A stretch of 64,000 nucleotides of DNA from Felis catus (lineage: Eukaryota): positions 165,604,001-165,668,000 of the forward strand of contig NC_058368.1 in assembly GCF_018350175.1 (NCBI RefSeq), in the 5' to 3' direction. The notes under the pieces are model-generated. The model was not told where the DNA came from, ran no database searches, and was given only the letters and a program-made list of their open reading frames with translations. Shown here piece by piece: positions 52,090 through 64,000 of the stretch. Both the position numbers and the translations under genes were made by a program. Positions within the stretch are counted from its first letter, which is position 1. Each line of letters begins with the position of its first letter.

Positions 52090-53534
52090 TTTAATATTTT
52101 TCAGCTATTTGGTAATATACATAAAGCATATGTAAGTGAAAAAAATCTCCATATTTGTAAGAAATTGTGTCTTAAGATTTACTACAAGTTTTCATCAATT
52201 ATGCTCAGATCCCTTACACACAGGTAGAGTTGGATTAGATGTGACAGAAAATTTGATTGCCCTTATTCAACACAGCTCATTAAAACTATGTTTGTTTTTA
52301 AGAGTTGTTTGTTTTCCATCTCCCAAAGCTATGCCAGTTAACATGATTTATTGATATACAGAACAGGACTATTCTTTATTAATTATATTCTAAACAATAA
52401 CACTTCATCAGAAGTTTACTTAGTGTTAGTACTAGCCTAATGGGAAAAAAACACTAGATATAACTAATGGTTCTCTTGTCATTTCAATCATTTTCTCCCT
52501 CCTCAACTGCAAATCACAATAGTTTGTTGATATTTTGCTTTGAATCTCCAACATTGTCACATTTCCCCTAGGTGGATTTATAAAAGAACTAAAATGCTGT
52601 TGGACTATTAAAATATTATTTAGTATAAAATTTCATTTTATTATAGTTAGAAGAGAACAAAATCAAAGTCTTATATAAAGGAGGTCATTTGAGTAAATGA
52701 GCTTCACAAAATGATTTACAGCTCATACTAAAAGGTCTGTAGGATGTCATTACAAGTCAGACTAGTGATTGTCACAGATATTAAAAGAAAACTTGAACAT
52801 TGTAAAGCCAAATTGTCACATTTCAGTATCTGAAATTGCTATGGAAGGAGTTAGCAGGATGAAAAATTGTTGCCAATTATACTTCATTTATGTGAATATT
52901 AGTCTTCATTTAACCCAAGGATCTCTCTGTTGACTAGCCACTCTGACAAAGACAAGGTATCGGTGTTCTTTAAGCAATTATAATTTATTTAAATATGTAG
53001 TGAATAAGATATTTTAAAAGATACTATATCATTTAGCATTTAGTGAATCATTTTTTAGCAACTAAATTTTTATTAATCAAAGTTAGCAAAATTTCTTAAT
53101 AGTCAAATGATTCAATGAGTAAATGTGTAAACTTAGATTTACTCTAAAAAAGAAAATTTGAATGATCTGATTTCCTGCTGCCCTGGTGCACAGCTGGGAA
53201 AATCAAATCCAGCTTACAAGCTATTAAGTGACAAGTAAATATCATAGGAGTGAACCAGATAAATAGGCAAAGTAATCGTTGCCTATTTATAGTCTTACCC
53301 TTCTGCTATTCAATAATTTATTCAGCAAACTCATGATTTGTATCTAAGAATGGCCCCAGCTTTCTTTGAGCTTCTGTGTTAGATATATCTTGTTTAAATT
53401 AGCTGTTATATTTATAACACAAAACCTCTCATGGAATCAGTCTTTGCTCTTAAAGTGCTACCAAGCATCCTACACACTAAGTCTAGTGCTTCTAGCACAA
53501 CTCAAATAAGTAACAAACTAAGTGACTTAGCTTA

Positions 53535-54650
53535 GTAAAAATAGATAAAATTAAGCTATATTAAAACTGAAAATTTCTCTCCATCAAACACAGTCAACAG
53601 AGTGAAAAAGCTATCTATGGAATGGGAGAAAATATTTGCAAATCAAAAATCAGATAAGGTTAATATAAAGAATATATAAAGAACCCCTACAATTCAAGAA
53701 CAAAAGCAAAAAACCTGACTGAACATGGGTAAAAGACTTGAATAGACCTTTCTGCAAAGAAGATAAAAATGGCTAACCAGCACACAAAAAGCTGTTCAGC
53801 ATCATTAGGAAATGCTGAAATCGTTAGGAAAATGCAAATCAAAACCACAATGAGATGCTACCTTATCCCATTAAGATAGTTACTATGCTAAACATCAGAA
53901 ACAAACAACAAAACCCAGAAAACCACAAGGGTTGATAAGGATGTGGGAAAATTAGAACTCCATGCACTGTTGGTGGGAATGTAAAAATGGTGCAGCTATT
54001 ATGGAAAACAGTATGGTGCTTCCCTCCAAAACTTAAAAGAGAATTACCATATGGTCCCAGAATTCCATTTCTGGACAGACACCCAAAAGAATTGAAAGCA
54101 GGTCTTGAAGAGGTATTTGTGCACCCATACTCATAGCAGTATTATTTACAATCACCAAAATGTGGAAGCTACTGAAGTATCCATTTATGAATTAACGGAT
54201 AAACAAAATGTGGTAAATACATACAATTGAATGTTAATCAGATTCGAAAAGAAAACAAATTTTCCATAGGTTTTCTGACACATGTTACAACAGGGATGAA
54301 CCTTGAAGACATTATGCTAAATGAAAATAAGCCCATTGCCCCACAAAAAAATACTGTATGATTCCCCTTGATATCTCAGTCTAGGTATCCTTGATACCTA
54401 GATGTAGCTACCTAGAGCAGTCAAATGTATAGACACAGAAAGATGAATTTTGATTTCCAGTAGCTAGGGGGAAATGAGAAGAGTGTTGTTTAATGGGTAT
54501 AAAGCTTTAATTTCACAAGATGAAAAGAGTTCTGGAGATTGGTTGCACAACAATGTGAATATACTTTGCACTGCTGAACTGTAGACGTAACATAATTAAG
54601 ATGGTAAATTTTATGTTATGGTGTATTTTACAACAATTACAATTTTAAAA
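53535..54650 (+). mobile_element. Old L1MB-type 3' end
   Basis: gaatgggagaaaatatttgcaaatc, tgcactgttggtgggaatgtaaa, aaagagttctggagattggttgcacaacaatgtgaatatac, atggtaaattttatgttatg. Confidence 0.88.
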
Positions 54651-54915
54651 TTCTCTTTGAATATTTTCTAAGTCATCAATTTGAAAAAAAATGGCCAAAA
54701 GAAGGAAAATGTTCTTTCCTTAATTGTATTATTTATATGAAAACATTCAATATATTTCTTGGCACATAGAAAGGACTAAAAATGGTAACTGCCTTATTTT
54801 TCCAGTAGACATAAAAGTATATGTATTCAGTTTTTCCTCACTTAATGACTTATAATGAATATGTATTAGTTTTTCACCAGGAACACAAAGATGGTATTTT
54901 AAAAGGCTTTTTATT

Positions 54916-55112
54916 GGGGTGCCTGTGTAGCTCAGTTAGTTAAGCATCCAACTTCCACTCAGGTCATGATCTCGCAGTTCATGGGTTTGAGTCAGCTCAG
55001 AGCCTGGAGCTTGCCTCAGATTCTGTGTCTCCCCCTCTCTGCTCCTCCCCCACTAACACTCTGTCTCTCTCTCCCTCTCTCAAAAATAAATAAATAAAAG
55101 GAACTAAAATTT
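54916..55112 (+). mobile_element. Can-SINE with ~20 bp internal deletion
   Basis: TSD aaaggctttttatt at 54902-54915 and 55113-55126. Confidence 0.93.
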
Positions 55113-58100
55113 AAAGGCTTTTTATTTTACAATAGAATAAAAATTTTACCTAGGATGGCCCCTACTAAAAGGCACTTACGTCCTAAGAGCATCCCCAAAG
55201 CTCAGTGATTTCTACTTTCTTCCCCCCTCCATCTCTGAGATTTAAATCCTCCAGTTCTTTACATTACCCAAGGCAGTATCCTTCTTCATGGAAAGGTATT
55301 ATCTAAGATCCTTTAATTGTACAGAATACATGAATGATGCAGCTAAAGACAGGGGACAAGTAAACCAAAGAGAACAGTAAATGAAATTCATGACAGAATT
55401 GAAATAAAGCTTACTGAAAGACAGTAAAAAATTTCATTTTAAAGATTAGTAACCTGTGACCAAGATAGTAATGTGATTTGCCACAAACTACACAACTAAT
55501 TAATTAAAAGCAAATCAGGTAGAAGAACCAGGAGTTTCAGATTCTCTCTTTGACCAAAAAAAAGCCAATTCACATGCACCCTCATTCAGATAATTATTCT
55601 CTAACTTCTAATTGTACTTACACATACAAAGCTGAAGATAGAAGATACTTTTATATTTTACTTCAATGCAGTGGATATTTTGATCTTTCCAGTTTGACTT
55701 TAAGGCCATTTTGCTTCCCATTAATGGTAGAAGTATTTTAACCAGAATTTCTAGTTTATTTACAAAACATTTTGTCAATTAAGTTATTTTTTTAATTTAT
55801 AGACACTTATAAACATAGTGTCTATAGTAAACAACATAGTAAAAACATTTCCCTTTTTCCATTTTTCTTTTCATATTACTATTACTGTATTTACTTAATA
55901 AGGAAAATTTTTATTATAAATTTTACAATGAAGAAGGAAAAATTTTATTATAAATTTTACAATGAAGATCTCTCACTGTTCAGATACTTGTCCATTTTAA
56001 ATTTCAGCAATTAGAATTACTGCCAAGAATCATGATCATTGTTTCTACCAATATTCCCATTTCAAATTTTGCAACGTTCAAAGTTACCAACAAAATGTGG
56101 TCATTAATTTTGATGACAGCTGTTTCTACGCTTTGAGTACCAGTATAAAATCATGTGAACTGAGTAAAGTATGAGTGCATGCATTTATTTCCTACATAAT
56201 CTGTGGAAAAGTGTGAACAATTTCTCCCAAGTATTCTAGACTTGCTCTATTGACTGAAATACTTCCAAATACTCTACCTCTAAGTAATAATAAAAAGAAA
56301 ATTACCTGGTCACACAAACAGGGTCAAAACTTCCTGCTTTCATCACAAATCCAGAACTCTCTTTCAGATGATGTTTTACCAACATCTGAGTACCACCTGT
56401 GGCAAGATATGTAGTGAGGATATTGCCTGTTAATAGTTAAGATGACCATGTGAGAGGTGTTTGAAGCTCCTTTTATAAAGATTCCATGCTGATCACATGG
56501 CTGGGTTTTCTAGTCATTTCAGTGAAATTGCAAACACTTGGAGAGCAGGAAGCCTGCAAAAGCAATGAGTGAGAAAGAGTAATTTAACAGGCTATGCTCT
56601 ATTTTGGTGGAGCTGCTTTGGCCTGAAACTAAGAAGTAGTGCCTGTAATTTTGAATAAGCTATGGAGGTGGAAAGTGATAAAGAAAAAAGGATACTGGGT
56701 CAGCCCTTACTGTAAAAAATGACTTCCACCAGGGAGAAACATTGTAATTCTAAAGTTACTAAATGAATTTGAACCAGTCTATTTTCTGGAAAGAAAGAAA
56801 AAAATAAGTATCAGTTCACTCAAGAGACAGTAGCTACTCCATCATATCCCATTCATATCAAATTTCTGGGAGGGCAAGATTAAAGTCAACTAATACTTGA
56901 TATTAACTGCAACAAATGTAACTAATAATTTTATGTAAATATTTTGATGCAATAAAGTTATATTTTAAATGTGATGTATAACTTATTTCTGGGTGAATTC
57001 CACAATATGATCCTTGCTTCTACCATCTGAAATATAAGCATAATAACTACTGTGGTCTGAATGTCTGTGCCCCCCCTCCCCCGCTCCAAATTCATGTGTT
57101 GAAATCCTAATAATCCCTAATGATGATATCAGGAGGTGGAGCTTTTGGTAAGCCTTAGGCCATTAGGGTGGAGACCTCATGGGTTGGTTTTAGTCCCCAT
57201 AAAAGAAGTTCCAGGGGCATGTGGGTAACTCAGTAGGTTGAGTGCTTGACTCTTGATTTTGGCTCAGGTCATGATCCCAGGGTCATGGGATTGAGCCCCA
57301 CATCCAACTCCACATTGAGCATGCAGCCTGCTTAAGATATTCTCTTTTTGGGTCCTTTCCTTTTTCTTCTTGATCAAACTGGCTAGTGGTTTATCAATTT
57401 TGTTAATTCTTTCAAAGAACCAGCTTCTGGTTTCATTGATCTGTTCTACTGTTTTTTTTTTTTTTTTTTTGGTTTTGATAGCATTAATTTCTTTTCTAAT
57501 CTTTACTATTTCCTGTCTTCTGCTGGTTTGGGGTTTTATTTGCTGTTCTTTTTCCAGCTCCTTAAGGCGTAAGGTTGGGTTGTGTATCTGAGGTCTATCT
57601 TCCTTCTTTAGAAAGGCCTGGATTGCTATATAGTTTCCTCTTAGGACCGCCTTTGCTGCATCCCAGAGGTTTTGGGTTGTGGTGTTATCATTTTCATTGA
57701 TTTCCATATACTTTTTAATTTCCTCTTTAACTGCTTGGTCAGCCCATTCATTCTTTAGTAGGATGTTCTTCAGTCTCCAAATATTTGTTACTACCAAATT
57801 CTTCCTTGTGGTTGATTTTAAGTTTCATAGAGTTGTGGTCTGAAAACATGCATGGTGTCATCTCGATCTTTTTGTACTTAGAGCTGATTCGTGTCCCAGC
57901 ATATGGTCTATTCTGGAGAATGTTCCATGTGCACTGGAGAAGAATGTATATTCTCCTGCTTTAGGATGAAAAGTTCTGAATGTATCTGTTAAGTCCATCT
58001 GGTCCAGTGTGTCATTCAAAGTCATTGCTTCCTTGTTGAGTTTTTGATTAGATGATCTGTCCATTGCTCTGAGCAGGGTGTTGAAGTCTCCTACTATTGT

Positions 58101-58579
58101 GGTATTACTATCGATAAGTTTCTTTGTGATTAATTGACTTATATATTTGGGTTTTCCCACATTTGGCACATAAATGTTCATAATTGTTAGGTCTTCTTGG
58201 TGGACAGACCCCTTGATTATGATATAATGCCCCTCTGCATCTCTTGATACAGTCTTTATTTTAAATTCTAGATTGTCTGACATAAGTATGGCTACTATGG
58301 CTTTCTTTTGTTGACCATTAGCATGATAGATGGTTCCCCATCCATTTATTTTCATTCTGAAGGTATCTTTAGGTCTAAAGTGGGTCTCTTGTAAACAGCA
58401 TATAGATGGATCTTGTTTTCTTATCCATTCTGTTACTCTATGTCTTTTGATTGGAGCATTGAGTCCATTGACGTTTATATTGAGTACTAAAAGATATGAA
58501 TTCATTGCCATTATGATGCTTGTAGAGTTGAAATTTCTGGTGGTGTCCTCTGGTCCTTTCTGGTCTTTTTTGTTTTTGG

Positions 58580-58582
58580 TAT

Positions 58583-58621
<39 letters not shown>
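58580..58621. repeat. (TTTA)n microsatellite in the L1 inter-ORF spacer
   Basis: About 10 units between the ORF1 stop (~58646) and ORF2 ATG (58511) on the minus strand. Confidence 0.9.
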
Positions 58622-61600
58622 TGTATATTTGTATCTTTTCTCTCCTCAGAGAGTCCCCCTTAAAATTTCTTGCAGGGATGGTTCAGTGGTCAGAAACTCC
58701 TTTATGTTTTGTTTGTCTGGAAAACTTTATCTCTCCTTCTATTTTGAATGGCAGCCTTGCTGGATAAAGAATTCTTGGCTGCATATTTTTCTGATTCAGC
58801 ACATATAATATATCCTGCCACTCCTTTCTGGCCTGCCAAGTTTCTGTGGATAGGTCTGCTGCAAACCTGATCTGTCTTCCTTGGTAGATTAGAGACTTTT
58901 TTTCATTGCTGCTTTCATGATTCTCTCCTTGCCTGAGTATTTTGTGAATTTGACTAGGATATGCCTTGTTGGTCGGTTTTTGTTGAATCTAATGGGAGGT
59001 CTCTGTACTTCCTGGATTTTGATGTCTGTGTCTGTCCCCGGGTTAGGAAAGTTTCCTGCTATGATTTACTCACATAACCTTTCTACCCCTATTTCACTCT
59101 TTTCCTCTTCTGGGACCCCTTGGATTCTGATGTTCTTCCTTTTTAATGAGTTATTGATTTCTCTAATTCTTACATCATTCTCTTTTACCTTAATCTCCCT
59201 CTTTTTTTTCTACTTCATTATTCTCTATAAGTTTGTCTTGTATATCTCTGATTCTCTGTTCTGCTTCATCCATCCTTGCCACCACTGCATCCATCCATGA
59301 TTGCAGCTCAGTTATACCCCACTAAAAAGGAGAACTATAGACCAATTACCTTGATGAACATGAATGCAAAAATCCTCAGCAAGATATTAGCCAACTGGCT
59401 CCAACAATACATTAAAAACATTATTCACCACGACCAAGTGGGATTTATACTGGGCTTAAGGGTCAGTTCAATAACTGCAAAATAATCAATGTGTTTCATC
59501 ACATCAATAAAATAAAGGACAAGAACCACATGATCCTCTCAACAGATGCAGAGAAAGCATTTGACAAAATACAGCATCCTTTCTTGACAAGAACCCTCAA
59601 AAAAGTAGGGATAGAAGGATCATACCTTGAGATCATAAAAGCCATATATGAAAGATCCACTGCTAATATCCTTGTCAATGGGGAAAGACTGAGAAATTTC
59701 TCCCTAAGGTCAGGAACAAGACAGGCAAGTCCACACTGCCAATGTTATTCAACATAGTAATGGAAATCTTAGCCTCCAATATCAGACAACACAAAGAAAT
59801 AAAAGGCGTCCATTTTGGCCCGGAGGAGGTCAAACTTTTACTGTTTGCTGATGACATGATACTCTATAAGGAAAACCCAAAAGATTCCACCAAAAAACTA
59901 CAAGAACTGATCCATGAATTCAGCAAATTGCAGAATATAAAATCAATGCACAGAAATTGGTTGCATTTCTATACACCAAGAATGAAGCAGCAGAAAAAGA
60001 AATCAAGGAATCGATCCCATTTCCAATTGCACCAAAACCATAAAATACCTAGGAATAAACATAACCAAAGAGTTGAAAAATCTATACACTGAAAACTATA
60101 GAAAGCTTATGAAAGAAATTGAAGAAGACACAAAAAAGGAAAAAGATTCCATGCTCCTGGATAGAAAGAAAAAAATAATGTTAAAATATCAATACTACCC
60201 AATCTACATATTCAATTCAATACCTATCAAAACAACATCAGAATTCTTCACAGAGCTAGAACAAACAATCCTAAAATTTGTATGGAAACAGAAAATATCC
60301 TGAATAGAAAAAGCAATCTTGAAAAAGAAAAACAAAGCAGGAGGCATCACAATCCCAGACTTCAAGCTATACTACAAAGCTATAATCATCAAGACAGTAT
60401 GGGTCTGGCACAAGAACAGACAGATCAGTGGAACAGAATAGAGAACCCAGAAATTGACCCACAAATGTATGGCCAACTAATCTTTGACAAAGCAGGAAAG
60501 AATATCCAATAGAATAAAGAAGTCTCTTCAGCAAGTGGTGCTGGGAAAAGTGGACAGCGACATGCAGAAGAATGAACCTGGACCACTTTTTTACACCATA
60601 CACAGAAATAAACTCAAAATGGATGAACAACCACAATGTAAGACAGAAAGCTATCAAAATCCTCGAGGAGAAAGCAGGCAAAAACCTCTTTGATCTTGCC
60701 TGCAGCAACTTCTTACTCAACACATCTCCAGAAGCAAGGGAAACAAAAGCAAAAATGAACTACTGGGACCTCATCAAAATAAAAAGCTCTGCACAGCGAA
60801 GGAATCAATCAGCAAAACTGAAAGGCAACTGACAGAATGGGAGAAGATATTTGCAAATGACATATCAGATAAAGGGTTAGTATCCAAAATGTATAAAGAA
60901 CTTATCAAACTCAATACCCAAAAAACAAATAATCCAGTGAAGAAATGGAAAAACACATGAATAGACACTTCTCCAAGGAAGACATCCAGATGGCCAATAG
61001 ATACATGAAAAAATGCTCAATATCACTCATCGTCAGGGAATACAAATCAAAACCACAATGACATACCACCTTACACCTGTCAGAATGGCTAACATTAACA
61101 ATGTAGGCAACAACAGATGTTGGCGAGGATGTGGAGAAAGAGGATCTCTTTTGCATTGTTGGTGGGAATGCAAGCTGGTGCAGCCACCCTGGAAAACAGT
61201 ATGGAGGTTCCTCAAAAAAACTAAAAATAGAACTACCCTATGACCCAGCAATTGCACTACTAGGCATTTATCCATGTGATACAGGTGTGCTTTTTCGAAG
61301 GGACACATGAATCCCCATGTTTATAGCAGTACTATCAACAATAGCCAAAGTATGGAAAAAGCCATCCATCGATGGATGAATGGATAAAGAAGAAGTGGTG
61401 TATATATACAATGGAGTATTACTCAGCAATCAAAAAGAATTAAATCTTGCCATTTGCAACTACGTGAGTGGAACTGGAGGGTATTACACTAAGTGAAATT
61501 ATTCAGTCAGAGAAAGACAAAAATCATATGACTGCACTCATATGAGGACTTTAAGAGACAAAACAGATGAACATAAGGGAAGGGAAACAAAAATAATATA

Positions 61601-61766
61601 AAAACAGGGAGGGGGACAAAACAGAAGAGACTCATAAATATGGAGAACAAACTGAGGGTTGCTGGAGGTGTTGTGGAAAAGGGGATGGGCTAAATGGGTA
61701 AGGGGCATTAAGGAATCTACTCCTGAAATCATTGTTTCACTATATGCTAATTTGGATGTAAATTTA

Positions 61767-61990
61767 TTTATTTTTTTTAATTTTTTTTTCAACGTTTATT
61801 CATTTTTGGGACAGAGAGAGACAGAGCATGAACGGGGGAGGGGCAGAGAGAGGGAGACACAGAATCGGAAACAGGCTCCAGGCTCTGAGCCATCAGCCCA
61901 GAGCCTGACGCAGGGCTCGAACTCCCGGACCGCGAGATCGTGACCTGACTGAAGTCGGACGCTTAACCGACTGCGCCACCCAGGCGCCCC
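61767..61990 (-). mobile_element. Young SINEC_Fc-type SINE in L1 3'UTR
   Basis: CpG-rich complete SINE; 14 bp TSD tggatgtaaattta at 61753-61766 and 61992-62005. Confidence 0.97.
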
Positions 61991-62812
61991 ATGGATGTAA
62001 ATTTAAAAACATAAAATATGAAATTAACAAAAAAAGATATTTTCTCTCTTGCTCCCTCCCTCTCCCTCTCCTTCCACCCCTGCCCCATTCATGTGCTTGC
62101 TCCCTCTCTCTCTCTCTAAAAAATAAAAATTAAAAAAAAATGAAGTTCCACAGAGCTTCTTAGACCCTTCCTCCATGTGAGTACAAAAGCAAGAAGGTGC
62201 CAGCTATGAACAAGGAAGAGAATGCTCACCAAAACATGACCGCGTTGGCTCCTCAATTTTAGACTTCCCAGCCTCCAGGCTGTGAGAAATAAACTTTTGT
62301 TGTTTATGAGCTATCTAGTGTATAGTATTTTGTTATAGCAACTTGAAGAGAGATTTAAAGGCAGCAATCAATGAATAATGAAATGTGGTTTAAATTTGAA
62401 ATTTAAGAAGAAAAAGAGAGAGAGAATATGTATGTGAGAGAGAATAGAGAATTCCAGCTTGGCTACACATTTAATTCTGGAAACAGCTACATCAGACAGA
62501 ATGTAATTCACAAAATTCTGAAAATTAAAACACATACTGTGGAATTTAATGATAAGCATGCAGAATGAAGAGTTGGCAGGCCAAGAAAGATTCAAAAAAT
62601 TGTTTGTATCAGATGTTCCTATGACAAGATATGAGTCTTTTATCAGAGGCAAGAAAAAAATCACTTTTTAATTTGTCCATAGTGAATTGAATCGATTTCT
62701 AAAGCACAAGAATATACACATTTACAGGAAGATAATATACCCAGTGTGGCTGACTGAACAATGCACAGGATATTTCACATATACAACCTCAGAGGAGAAT
62801 GCAGAAACCATT

Positions 62813-63192
62813 TGTATTTGTTTCCTGGGGCTGGCAAAACAAACTGCCGCAGACTGGTGGCTTCAACAATGGAAAATTTCCTTACAGTTCTGTAGGCTAG
62901 AAGTCTGAAATCCAGGTGTCTCAGGGTTGGTTTCTTCCAAGACCTCACTCCTTGGCTTGTAGATGGCCATCTTTCCTGTCTTCACATAGTCTTTCCTCTC
63001 TGCGTGCCTGTGTCATAATCTTCTCTTCTTATAAGGACAACAGTCATTTTGGGTTAGGGCACACAGCCCCGTGACTTCATTTTTACCTAATTCCCTCTTT
63101 AAAGACCCTACCTCCACATCTTGCTCATTCTGAGCAACGGGGTTCAGACTTCAACACGAACGTTTTGAAAGGGAATAATTCAGCCCACTACA
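62813..63192 (-). mobile_element. MaLR solo LTR (MLT1C-like)
   Basis: tgtatttgtttcctggggctg..cagttctgtaggctagaagtctgaaatc..cttataaggacaacagtcat..aattcagcccactaca; flanks ccatt/gcatt resemble a 5 bp TSD. Confidence 0.85.
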
Positions 63193-64000
63193 GCATTATT
63201 CAGTTCTGCAAGAAAGAGCTGCACACAACACCTGCCAATCTTTTTCCGTCTTTTTAGTCTTGCTTCTTCACAGTGGAAGAATATACATAACACAGCACCC
63301 AGTACCTAAACTGTTATTCAGAGAGTAAGGAGTTGTCAATTATACTGGGAAGTGTATCACATGGGATATATACATATTACATCAGACTAATTTGAATATC
63401 TGAACAAAGCTTACCATATTAATTTTGAAAATATTAAAAAGAAAATATGTAGCATAATGGAAATATGAGAGTTAATATTTTTAAAGGGAAAATAAAATTT
63501 TAAAATTAAGTAATTTCCGTTTTAAAAATTAGCAGACCAAGTGCAAAAGAAAATACGGTAAAGCCTTGGATTGGGAGTAACTTGTCCTGCAAGTGTTCTG
63601 CAAGACAAGCAAACATTTCTAATAAATTTTAACTTGATAAATGAGCAGTATCTTGCAATACAGGTAGTATGTGATGCCTAACATCATATGATCACAACTG
63701 GGCCAAGGGTTCTTCTCTCTCTCTCTCCCTCTCTCTCACTGTGGGCTTGTGTGTGATTATCTCCCATTCTCAGATGCTTGGTATCAGGCCGTGGTGTTTG
63801 GCAGAAATCAGTGATTTTTAAGAATGCTGGAAGGTGTCCACCACTGGCACTAGTATACTTCAAAGCACCCACAGACAGTCCTTTGCTTTTCCATATAAAA
63901 GTAAGCTTAGGAATGCTTTGCTTCATTCTAGGTCAGGCTGCCTGCAGGTAGAGATCCTTCCCTCTACTACTTTATCGCCAGTATATTAAATACAGTATAT

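Larger units (their letters stand above)
57346..62033 (+). mobile_element. 5'-inverted felid L1 (copy E, different 3'UTR subfamily): inverted arm 57346-59316, sense arm 59317-62033
   Basis: Minus-strand ORF1 tail and EN (CCLQETH, GDFN, FSRIDH); plus-strand RT ([17 protein letters not shown]) and C-terminus; TSD aagatatt[c/t]tct at 57334-57345 and 62034-62045. Confidence 0.95.
57214..62141 (+). mobile_element. Can-SINE split by L1 (57214-57345 and 62046-62141)
   Basis: Head through cctgcttaagatattctct on the left, CT tract and A tail on the right; TSD gaagttcca at 57205-57213 and 62142-62150. Confidence 0.92.
57048..62363 (+). mobile_element. MaLR solo LTR (MLT1A/B-like) split into 57048-57213 and 62151-62363
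   Basis: 5' part tgtggtctgaatgtctgtg..aaattcatgtgttgaaatcct; 3' part ttagacttcccagcctccaggctgtgagaaataaac..tattttgttatagca. Confidence 0.88.

Noticed and set aside
57264..57797. Chimeric L1-SINE ORF on the minus strand
   Set aside because: Chance read-through across the insertion junction; no promoter or evidence of expression.

Overview
AT-rich mammalian nuclear DNA, almost certainly from a felid (it carries young SINEC_Fc-type Can-SINEs and felid/carnivore L1). I can support no intact host gene, RNA gene or CRISPR array; every sizeable ORF is a broken LINE-1 ORF1/ORF2 piece, its antisense, or low-complexity sequence. Roughly half the window is transposable elements: a full-length L1 (5847-12027), a full-length-ended L1 with a ~1.06 kb in-frame ORF2 deletion (28167-33019), a 5'-truncated micro-inverted L1 (34836-36253), an old ~7 kb carnivore L1 carrying five SINEs (~38100-45268), a 5'-inverted L1 inside a four-level nest (57048-62363), about 19 Can-SINE copies, MaLR/ERVL solo LTRs, L2/MIR/CR1 relics and microsatellites. 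I see no new functional system. The most unusual signals are sequence exchange between neighbouring L1 copies (a ~790 bp near-identical tract in otherwise divergent copies, and inactivating lesions shared by two separately inserted L1s), the in-frame ORF2 deletion, two twin-priming inversions with large gaps, and a strong L1 strand bias that hints at an unidentified minus-strand host gene. Repeat family names come from recalled consensus features, not from a database search.
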